Assembly (NCBI GenBank): GCA_010093815.1 | Contig: ML996578.1 | Source: Pseudovirgaria hyperparasitica | Lineage: Eukaryota | DNA: 64,000 nucleotides | Direction: 5' to 3' (one strand) | Part shown: piece after piece, positions 52,601-61,213 of the stretch | Numbering within the stretch: the first letter of the stretch is position 1 | How the letters are laid out: every line of letters begins with the position of its first letter | Made by a program: the position numbers and the translations under genes | The notes under the pieces: generated by a model | What the model saw: the letters and a program-made list of their open reading frames with translations, nothing else | Told to the model about the DNA's origin: nothing | The model's database searches: none

Positions 52601-52792
52601 GGTGTACAGGATGAGGGTGTAGAGGAGGGAGATGTAGAGGATGAAGGGGATGACGACGGCGCGGCGAGTCGGGCGCTGGGCGTGTTGGGGAGTAGGGCTG
52701 TGCGCGGACGGGTCAAGGGGAGTGTGCTTGTTGTGCAGGCTGGTGGTGGTGCTGGGGTGGGGATGGGATCGGGGATGGGAGGAGGGGTTTGA
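49608..52792 (+). CDS. KHA1: K+/H+ antiporter (CPA2/CHX-like), 4 exons
   Basis: [70 protein letters not shown]. Introns 49785..49853, 50271..50323, 50424..50483. Confidence 0.92.
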
Positions 52793-52982
52793 GGGGAGAG
52801 TGGGTAGGGGAGAGTGGGTATAAGATGGGATTGGGATGGGTATGGGATGGGTATGTAAGGGTGTTTTGGGGATGGGTATGTACGGGTGTTTAGGATACTT
52901 TGGAGGAGAGAGCAAGAGAGCAAGTAAACAAAGGCTGGATGGATGGATGGATATGGATACTGATCTGGGAGTTTCTGAGATA

Positions 52983-53370
52983 CACACATGCACACACACA
53001 TGCACACACACATGCACACACACATGCACACACACACTACTAGCTCATCAAACGAATTCACGACATCAACCATTCCACGATCCGCCACAAAAAAAAAACT
53101 GCGATCGGTATATCTATCCCCTTTGCTCGTCCGGTTCTTGTGCTTAAGGCTCAATACTCTCAATACACAACACTCGATACTCAATGCTCAATACACAACA
53201 CTCAATACTCGATACACAACACTCAATACTCAATACTCAATACTCAATACTCAATACTCAATACTCAATACTCAATACTCAATACTCAATGCTCAATACA
53301 CAACACTCAATACTCAATGCTCAATGCTCAATACACAACACTCAATACTCAATACTCAATACACAACACT
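52983..53370. repeat. (CACACACATG)n and (ACTCAAT)n tandem arrays between the convergent KHA1 and SLX4 3' ends
   Basis: 10-bp units at ~52983-53036. 7-bp ACTCAAT units interspersed with ACACAAC variants at ~53150-53370. Confidence 0.9.
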
Positions 53371-53467
53371 CATCATGCACATCAATCCATTCATCTATCC
53401 AATATCCAATATCCAATATTCACACAACCACCACACCGCACCCTACCTACCCTACACAAACAGACAC

Positions 53468-56400
53468 CTACACCTTCCGCCGCAACGACTCGTCCCACAC
53501 GCAACACACCCCATGCGCCTCCAAATACTCATACACCTGCCACGCCGCGACTGGGTATCCGTGCTTGCTGGCATCCACCTCCACCTCCACTCCCTCCTCG
53601 ACTGCGCTGTCATCACTACCATCGCTGTTGTCATCCGCCCTCTTCTTCTTATCCTTTCCCTTCTTGTCCTTTTCCTTTCCCGTGTCCCCCTTCCCCATCC
53701 CCTTTGCCTTCTCATTCCCCTTCCCCCCTTTACCCGTGCCCTTGCCCCTCCCCCCTGTCCCCCTCCCCCTCCTATCAACCCACCCAGTCCGCACCCCTCT
53801 ACCACACAGCCACCCGGCCAACTGTCCCGGCGCAACCGGGTCATACAGCAGGATCCGCTCAAGCCAGCACAGTCTCGTCTTGTCCGCACTACCACCACCC
53901 CCCAACGCCGCCTCATCGCGCAGCGCCGCCGTAATTTGCGGAAAGAGCAGGGCGCGATGCGTGGGCCAGTCATCGACGTCGTCCTCATCACCAGCATCCG
54001 CCAATGCATCAGTCCGGACCTGTGCGGCGTTTGCATTCGCGTGTAGAGTCGGGCAGTCGGGGGTTTGGCTGAGTTGGAGCTCGAGCTGCAGGGCATTCAA
54101 GGGGCCAATCTGCACGTTCCTATCCCTCGTCGTACTCTTACCATTCTTCTTGTCCGTCTTGCGCGCTTTCGGTGGCGAGAGGCGCACGGGGGGCGAAGGG
54201 GGCAGGGCGGCGAGGTCCGAGTCTTCGATTTCGTCGTCGACGTATGATGTGTCGTCTGCTGCTGCTGTTGCTGATGGTGGGGTCTTGCGAGACTTTCTTG
54301 GTTTACTGGTGACTGGTGGGGCCGTTGCTGCAGGCTCGGCTGCTGCGTCTTTGCGGGGACGACCGACAGGACGCTTTGGGGGAGACGGCGATTCAGACAC
54401 GTCTGTCCTGCGAGGACGGCCGACGGGGCGTTTGGTCGGTGTTGTGGGTAGTGCGTCGACAACGACGGACTTCTTCTTCTTCTTATTTTGAGGGCTCAAC
54501 GTAGTGTGGAAAGGCCTTGCTGTGGGGACGGCTGATGCTTTGAAGGGCGCCGGCTGCGTGAAGCTGATGCGGGAGTTGGGTGTCAGCGACTTCAGGGCTA
54601 GTCTTGCTGCGCGGCACGGCGATTTCGCAGGTGCTTGGGTGAGGAAGCGCGATGGAGATGGTAGGGCAGAGTCATCGTTGCTTGATGGGGACGAGAGTGT
54701 CAGGGGAGGCGATGAGGTGATGGCGATGACCGATTGCTCGTTTGCCCATGTAGGTGGTAGTGGAGGAGAGATTGCGCTCAGCGTGTCGGTAGGTCGTAGT
54801 TTCGGCGAAGGCGTAGGAGTCAGGATTGGGGACGATATCAGGGAGATGAATGTCGCCTTGGGCGGCGGAGGTATCGCTGGAGCAGCGGTTTCTGGTCTCG
54901 GTGCCTCAGTGGCCACAGTCTCCTCTAGCACGTCAGAGGTGTCCCCTGTCTTCGGAGGCATCATAACAGTAACAGGTGTTGAGTTGACCGCCCCCCGAGA
55001 CTGCACAGGATCTTCAGGACGCTGCTCAGACGCCTCGAGCTGATCCGCCTCACCACTCTCGGTCTCCTCCCCAAGTTCAGCCTCCTCAGGCGACACTATC
55101 TGCGAGCTGCCCCTCTGCCACACGCCCTTGTCGCCAATAGCCGCGTCTCTCCACGCTGCCTCCCACAACGTCCTCGATCCCCGCACAGACGTCAGTCTCG
55201 AATCCGACAGCTCGGACCCACCAGTGTCCACAACTCCCGTACAGTCGTTGAAGGACATCTGCAATGCTCGAATGAACGAAGGCGACTCCGGCTGAGCAAG
55301 CTGACTCGATGTCCCGAATAAAAAGTCTTGCGTGTCAAGCTTCCGCAAGGCTGATTCAGGTGAGAGGAGCATCGGCACGACGACCGTAGCTTTCTTCTTG
55401 GGCGACGCCGCTCTCTTCCGCTTCCCGTTGGCCCTAGGAGCGGCCGGCTCGCAAGGAGCGCGTTTCTGACGCGGCTTGGATATCTTCCCTTTCCTCGGCA
55501 CGTCGTCCGTCCTCGGCACGGTCTTGGCTGATGCAAAAAACGGACTCTCGGACGGAGGAGCAGGGGCAGGGGGCTGTTCTACCACGCGATAATGCTCGGT
55601 AGCTCTGTCGGTGATTGTGGTAGGCCTCTTCCTTGACGGTCTCGGTTTCTTCACCCTCTCCGCAGCACTCTTTGCGACTTCAGGTCTTGATGTGGCAACT
55701 AGTTCTATCCGGCGACTTTTCGCAAGAGGATCTGTATTATTCGCAAGCTCGGGCATCTGGGGAGCACACGCAAAGCTTCCCACCATGCTCTGAAAAGCCT
55801 CCTGATGCTGGACCTTCTCTTGCGTATTGCTAATGATCGGCCCGTCATGTGTCCCATCGTCTTGTTCTGTATTACTTGTAGTATTCTTGACAGGCGTCCA
55901 CTCTGTCCTCCTCTGGACAGCTCCCTCCAAATCCAATTTGAGCGGCTCGGGCGTGCCGGCTTTGCTTGTGACAGACTTCTCTATTGCTTCCTTCGGGCCG
56001 AAATGCGATGACACCTTTCCCGTTGTTTTCTTCTTCGCTGTCGGTGCTGCAGCATCTCCCGTGCCCTTCGCAGTCTTCTTTGGCCCAACTCCCGGCTTAA
56101 CGACTTTCGGTTTCTTTATCCGTGACTGCTTAACCGCCTTCTCAGCCTTGTCTGTTGCTTCGTCATCGGCCTTGCGTTTCCGCTTTCTGGGCGCAGGCGT
56201 CTTCTTCGGCGGTGCATGCCCAGGCACCACCGTATCTCGTAGCTCCCGTAGCACAGCCGGGACAGCCTGCGCACTGATTGGCGGTGTATCCAGCTCGATG
56301 ACACTCTCCCCATCAGAATCGGGAATCTCGATCTTCGGTGCCAGCACCGTCTTCTTCGCTGGCCGGGCCTTCTTCTCCGCCGACTTCTCTGGCTCTTTCG

Positions 56401-56686
56401 CGACCTTTGGCGCTCTTGACTTTACAGGTTTCTTGGCCGCCTTGCTCTCTGCCTTCTGCGTGACATCCTCCGCTACTCTCGCCTCCAGACTCAGTCGCCT
56501 CTCTCTCACGAGCCCACTAACGCTGTGGAACCCAAACCCAGCAGCGCCATCGGGGACTGTCGCGGCACGGGAACCTGACTTGATTCCAGCGTCTCTGAAG
56601 CTCGTGAATGTCGACGGAGAAGGCAGTGTATCAGAAGAATTGCCGAGCGAACGGCGCCGCGAGGTGTTGTAGTCGGCGAGTTTCAT
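53468..56686 (-). CDS. SLX4: Structure-specific endonuclease subunit SLX4
   Basis: RRTEWTP, LLSPESA..QDFLFGTSSQL, LWEAAWRD, EIEDS and C-terminal Slx1-binding region LFPQIT..WLERILLYDPV..YLEAHGVCCVW. First ATG at 56686. Confidence 0.87.
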   Translation of the reverse strand: MKLADYNTSRRRSLGNSSDTLPSPSTFTSFRDAGIKSGSRAATVPDGAAGFGFHSVSGLVRERRLSLEARVAEDVTQKAESKAAKKPVKSRAPKVAKEPEKSAEKKARPAKKTVLAPKIEIPDSDGESVIELDTPPISAQAVPAVLRELRDTVVPGHAPPKKTPAPRKRKRKADDEATDKAEKAVKQSRIKKPKVVKPGVGPKKTAKGTGDAAAPTAKKKTTGKVSSHFGPKEAIEKSVTSKAGTPEPLKLDLEGAVQRRTEWTPVKNTTSNTEQDDGTHDGPIISNTQEKVQHQEAFQSMVGSFACAPQMPELANNTDPLAKSRRIELVATSRPEVAKSAAERVKKPRPSRKRPTTITDRATEHYRVVEQPPAPAPPSESPFFASAKTVPRTDDVPRKGKISKPRQKRAPCEPAAPRANGKRKRAASPKKKATVVVPMLLSPESALRKLDTQDFLFGTSSQLAQPESPSFIRALQMSFNDCTGVVDTGGSELSDSRLTSVRGSRTLWEAAWRDAAIGDKGVWQRGSSQIVSPEEAELGEETESGEADQLEASEQRPEDPVQSRGAVNSTPVTVMMPPKTGDTSDVLEETVATEAPRPETAAPAIPPPPKATFISLISSPILTPTPSPKLRPTDTLSAISPPLPPTWANEQSVIAITSSPPLTLSSPSSNDDSALPSPSRFLTQAPAKSPCRAARLALKSLTPNSRISFTQPAPFKASAVPTARPFHTTLSPQNKKKKKSVVVDALPTTPTKRPVGRPRRTDVSESPSPPKRPVGRPRKDAAAEPAATAPPVTSKPRKSRKTPPSATAAADDTSYVDDEIEDSDLAALPPSPPVRLSPPKARKTDKKNGKSTTRDRNVQIGPLNALQLELQLSQTPDCPTLHANANAAQVRTDALADAGDEDDVDDWPTHRALLFPQITAALRDEAALGGGGSADKTRLCWLERILLYDPVAPGQLAGWLCGRGVRTGWVDRRGRGTGGRGKGTGKGGKGNEKAKGMGKGDTGKEKDKKGKDKKKRADDNSDGSDDSAVEEGVEVEVDASKHGYPVAAWQVYEYLEAHGVCCVWDESLRRKV

Positions 56687-56943
56687 GACGATTGGGACGC
56701 GTGATAGCGAACGACATTTGAAGGCTTGCGAAGAGAGTCGTCGCAGTGGCAGTGAGTTGTTAGCCCTCAATGGCTTTCCAAACCGAGAGAAGCAAGCCAA
56801 GATGGCGGTTTGGGGCGACCGTGTTTGGTGTTTGATAGCGGTCTGCTGGATCTGGCGGGGAATTCCAGATCGGGCGGAGGACGGCCGGGGGTCGCATTCG
56901 CGCTAAGGTCCTGGCTTAACACGCAGTCACGTGGCAATCCCAC

Positions 56944-57423
56944 ATCCATAGTTACATGGGAAAGCTTGGCGCCCGATGTTCGCCCGTGTCACTAACACGC
57001 ACGATTTAGTATAAACGACATTTTCATCTATTACTACTATACTACGCTTATATAGTATCTATAACTATATAGTATAGTATTAAAGAGGTAGTATAACTAA
57101 TATATAGTACTATAGACCCCTAATACCTCCCCTATATCTATCTAGAGCGCCTTTAGATATAGGGGTATTTACCTAGCTAGACGTAAGAATATCTCTATAT
57201 AACTACTCTTTTTCTATAGTTTTAGAGGTATTATAAATAATATAAAGTAATATAAAGGCTATAGATATATAATAAGGATTATATAGAACTAGTATTTAGT
57301 AATATTTAGTACTATATAAGTATTATACGGTAGTAATAGATAAAAATATCGATCATACTAAATCGTGTGTGTTGGTGACAAGGGCGAACATCGGGCGCCA
57401 AGCTTTCCCATGTAACTATGGAT
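56944..57423. mobile_element. Non-autonomous DNA transposon (MITE) with ~80-bp TIRs and a RIP-mutated interior
   Basis: ATCCATAGTTACATGGGAAAGCTTGGCGCCCGATGTTCGCCC..ACGATTTAGTAT from 56944 is the near-perfect reverse complement of ~57345-57423. The interior is very AT/TpA-rich. No clear TSD. Confidence 0.85.
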
Positions 57424-57811
57424 ATACGGATGGGAAGGGCCGTTTAGGCATGGAAGCGATCGCGATATGATGCAGGTATAATCTCAGTCAATGCTTCTTC
57501 TATCTCCGAGATCACGAAATGGTATATCAATGCTCCATACGAAAACATCACTCAGACGAATTTTGTGGCAACGGAGTCTGACTGTATAATTCATAATTCA
57601 TGCATTCTTCTATTTCTGATATCCTCGTAGTGATTTCAGGATATAAAATTGCTCCGTGAACTGTATGAATGTCTCCAAGAACTCAAACCAACATACACCC
57701 AGCTCCTCCATACACAGTCGATCCACTTGCTTATGTCCATTCCACAAGTCCATGCCGTTCTCACCCGTTGGACGCAAAGAAACGTCCTGGGCTGCTTTCC
57801 CTCCGGGGTTT

Positions 57812-58108
57812 TCAATCATGATGCGGGGGATTGTTCTTTATAAGGTCCCACCCGAGTTCGATTCCCTTCGCGATGCCTTTTACGATGCCTTTTATGGCGC
57901 CCTTTGGGAGGCCTTTCGAGCCCCTAGGACTGATCACAGCATTGGCGTTCGCAGCATCGGCGTTCGCAATATCGGCGTTTCCTGCGTCGATGTCTACAGA
58001 TCTGCAGTCGAGGGGGCGATTTTCACCATAGCAGCTTCTGAACTTCGGATCGACATAGAGGGCGGCGGAGAGAGTGAGGAGAAGAGGAAGGATAGTAAGG
58101 AGCTTCAT
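57812..58108 (-). CDS. Small secreted protein, family copy A (98 aa), with a C-terminal KGxx glycine-zipper peptide
   Basis: Signal peptide MKLLTILPLLLTLSAA; AACATG start context; TATA at ~58246-58253; paralogous flanks shared with copies B and C. Confidence 0.75.
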   Translation of the reverse strand: MKLLTILPLLLTLSAALYVDPKFRSCYGENRPLDCRSVDIDAGNADIANADAANANAVISPRGSKGLPKGAIKGIVKGIAKGIELGWDLIKNNPPHHD

Positions 58109-58612
58109 GTTGATGCGGATGCAAGACAATATCTGGTCTGAAAGGGTTGAAGTAAGAGAGCGAATCCCGGGACCAGTACGGGAGAAGGATGATAGTGGTT
58201 GATCGTGTAGCGAAGGTTGCTCAGCTTGTGGAGTGTCTAGAGAGACTTATATACCCGTAGACTTGTCCTCACTCATCATGGGGTAGAAGGCACACGGGCC
58301 TTGAAAATTGGAAACATCCGGATTAGTTCGTGCATAGCTTCCACTTCTCTCAATTACCGTTGGAGGTGCCGATGAACTTCGAAGTGACCATCCTCCAGCT
58401 CGATCGCAAGTTCGAAACATAACCGGAGGCGCGATGACAACGCAGCGGTCTAAGACCGACATAATTATGAAACGGGAGTGCACGGAGGCACAGCTGACAC
58501 AAACAAGCATAGACAGCCTTCCATAATGTTTCGGTAGTGCATGTCTCAAACAAGTTTAATCTACGGCCGCACCACCCTGATATCAGTGCTACACCACTAC
58601 TGTCTTATATAG

Positions 58613-58939
58613 GTGAGCATCTATCGAGCACCCCAAAATAGCCTATCGAGCACCCATATTTTCTTCTTTAGACAGTAGTGTCGAGAGCTTAAAAATAGCA
58701 TCTTAGTATTTAGAACACATTTATAACGGGCCTATAAGTCGAAATCAGTTGAGATTACGTATATTACGTGTTATTATAAGGCCTATAAGTTGAAATTGGT
58801 TAAAATCACGTGTACTACGTATAATTCTAGAACAACCGAGTATATAAGCGTATTATTATAATGCTAAGCCGCTATTTTTAAGCTCCTAAGACTACTACCT
58901 AATTAAAGAAGGAGATGGGGGTGCTCGATAGATGCTCAC
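58613..58939. mobile_element. MITE with TIR GTGAGCATCTATCGAGCACCCC and an 8-bp TSD (hAT- or Mutator-like)
   Basis: Perfect 22-bp TIRs (58613-58634 / 58918-58939), extended by imperfect inverted matches. TSD ttatatag/tcatgtag. The paralogous empty site at ~60081-60100 lacks the element. Confidence 0.9.
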
Positions 58940-59068
58940 TCATGTAGAAGGATCTCCAACTCTTAGTAGATAATTTAGTATATACTGTAGTATCTTAGCA
59001 AGTCAATACACACTCTTACATCCATCCTATAAGTCCATACCTTTCTCACCCCTTTTGCGTGCTCTCTT

Positions 59069-59359
59069 TTATGGCTTTCCATCCCTGCCACTCCCCCTTG
59101 GCCCCCCGGCAGCAGCATGTGCCCCGACCAAGACATTCTTTGCCCAACGAGTGGACACACTCCAGATTTTAGCAATATCGGACAAATCATTGGTGTGTCT
59201 TGCGTTGATGTCTACAACCCCACCGGTAGGATCAGATAAATCACGAGGGGTAGGCCAATCGGGATAAGCGGGATGCGGGTTTTTATCTTCCGTAGGAGGT
59301 TTAATATAGATAGCAGCGGAGAGAGTGAGGAGAAGAGGAAGGACGGCAAGGAGCTTCAT
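59069..59359 (-). CDS. Small secreted protein, family copy B (96 aa)
   Basis: Signal peptide MKLLAVLPLLLTLSAA; same start context; TATA at ~59726-59733; paralogous promoter and 3'UTR. Confidence 0.72.
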   Translation of the reverse strand: MKLLAVLPLLLTLSAAIYIKPPTEDKNPHPAYPDWPTPRDLSDPTGGVVDINARHTNDLSDIAKIWSVSTRWAKNVLVGAHAAAGGPRGSGRDGKP

Positions 59360-59396
59360 GTTGATGCGGATACAAGATAAGATCCGATTTAAAAAG

Positions 59397-59622
59397 GTCG
59401 AAGTAAGAGAGGAGTCGAAGTAAGAGAGGAGTCGAAGTAAGAGAGGAGTCGAAGTAAGAGAGGAGTCGAAGTAAGAGAGNNNNNNNNNNNNNNNNNNNNN
59501 NNNNNNNNNNNNNNNNNNNNNNNNNNNNNNNNNNNNNNNGTCGAAGTAAGAGAGGAGTCGAAGTAAGAGAGGAGTCGAAGTAAGAGAGGAGTCGAAGTAA
59601 GAGAGGAGTCGAAGTAAGAGAG
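59397..59622. repeat. 17-bp minisatellite GTCGAAGTAAGAGAGGA spanning an assembly gap (N 59480-59539), in the 5' leader of copy B
   Basis: About 10 identical units are visible around the gap. Copies A and C have a single diverged unit. Confidence 0.92.
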
Positions 59623-60274
59623 CGAAACCCGGGACCAGGACGGGAGAAGGATGATAGTGGTTGAATGGGAGGCGCGGTGAATGCGTGCGGCGAAAGTAGC
59701 TCAACATGTAGAGTGTCTGGAGGGATTTATATACCCGTAGACTTGTCCTCACTAATCATGGGGTAGAACTTGGAAGGCACACTGGCCTTGTATACTTGAA
59801 ACATTGTTGGTCCGCGTCTATCAATTACCGAGACGACGAAGTGACCACCCTCCAGCTCGATCGCAACATAACCTGGGGCGCGATGACAACGCAGCGGTCT
59901 AAGACCGTTATGATTATAAAGCGTGAGTGCACGGAGGCACAGCTGATACGAGCACAGACGGCCTTCCATTTCTCGGTTCATGGAATCGGCAGAAAAAGAT
60001 GGAGGATGATTGAGTAGTGCATGTCTTAAAGAAGTTTAATTTATAGCTACACCACCCTGATATCAATGCTACACCACTACTGTCTCATATACAAGGATCT
60101 CCAACTCCTAGTAGATAATTCGGTATATAGTATCTTCTCGCCCAGCTAGTCGATACAACCACTTACATCCATCCCACAAGTCCATATCTTTCTCATCCCA
60201 CAAGTTCATATCCTTCTCACCCCTGAGGCACAAAGAAGCGGCATTCTGTGCTCCTTTTCCTTGGGGGTTTCACA

Positions 60275-61213
60275 CTATCCTGAACCCGTGAAAAACTTGA
60301 CCACGCTCGAGAAAGCCGTTGCTAGCGCCCTTTCTATCAGGTTTCCGACTAACACGTCAGTGCTACGAGTGGCCAGATTCCTAGCATGTACAGTGCTGAC
60401 ATTGGCTCCTGCGGTGGGCTGCGCACATTCGGCGTTCATCGCAGCGGTCGTGTTGGTATTGTTGGCAGTTCCTGCGGTATTGCCATACATAGCGTTGGCG
60501 TTTCCAGTGTTGACTTGCCCAGCATCGGCTTTTCCAGCATTGACTTTCCCGGCATTGGTATATCCAGTATTGGCGTTTCCACCTTTGCCATACATAGTAT
60601 TGGCGTTACCAGCATTGATATTGCCATTGTTAGTGTTGGTGTTTGCAACGTTGCTGTTACCAGCATTGCCGTACATGGCATTGCCATTTCCAGTGTTGGT
60701 GTTTGCAATGTTGCTGTTACCAGCATTGCCGTACATAGCATTGCCATTTCCAGTGTTGGTGTTCCCAATGTTGCTGTTACCAGCATTGCCGTACATAGCA
60801 TTGCCATTTCCAGTGTTGGTGTTTGCAACATTACCAGTACCAGCATTGCCGTACATAGCATTCCCATTTCCAGCATTGCCGTTTGCAATATTAGCATTAC
60901 CAGCGTTGCCGTACATAGCATTCCCATTTCCAGAATTACCGTTTGCAACATTGCCGTTACCAGCATTATTGTCGTCCGCAGCTTTGCCGTACATAGCATT
61001 GCCGTTTCCAACATTAGGGCTGTCCGCAGTATTGCCATTTCCTGTCTCGCTATACATAGCATTGGCGTTTCCTGCATCGCTTCCTGCAGCATTGCTGTTT
61101 ATAGCGTTCTCTTCGTCATGACGAGCCTTAAGAGCGGCACTTCCATCGCGAAGACCAATAGTGAGGGCGGAGGAGAGGGTGAGGAAAAGGGGAACGACAG
61201 TAAGGAGCTTCAT
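60275..61213 (-). CDS. Secreted Asn/Gly pentapeptide-repeat protein, family copy C (312 aa)
   Basis: Signal peptide MKLLTVVPLFLTLSSA; 60-bp DNA tandem repeats encoding NAGNS-NIANT-NTGNG-NAMYG; TATA at ~61385-61392; paralogous flanks. Confidence 0.82.
   Translation of the reverse strand: MKLLTVVPLFLTLSSALTIGLRDGSAALKARHDEENAINSNAAGSDAGNANAMYSETGNGNTADSPNVGNGNAMYGKAADDNNAGNGNVANGNSGNGNAMYGNAGNANIANGNAGNGNAMYGNAGTGNVANTNTGNGNAMYGNAGNSNIGNTNTGNGNAMYGNAGNSNIANTNTGNGNAMYGNAGNSNVANTNTNNGNINAGNANTMYGKGGNANTGYTNAGKVNAGKADAGQVNTGNANAMYGNTAGTANNTNTTAAMNAECAQPTAGANVSTVHARNLATRSTDVLVGNLIERALATAFSSVVKFFTGSG

Noticed and set aside
52988..54491. Long ORFs with NTQYSIL repeats
   Set aside because: They result from a stop-free 7-bp satellite plus the antisense strand of SLX4.
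59397..59622. CRISPR-like array
   Set aside because: The units are contiguous with no spacers, the context is eukaryotic, and there are no cas genes.
60275..61213. Dikaritin-type RiPP precursor (repeated Tyr-containing AMYG core)
   Set aside because: The repeats are not separated by KR/RR Kex2 sites, and no DUF3328/UstY or tyrosinase gene is visible in the window.
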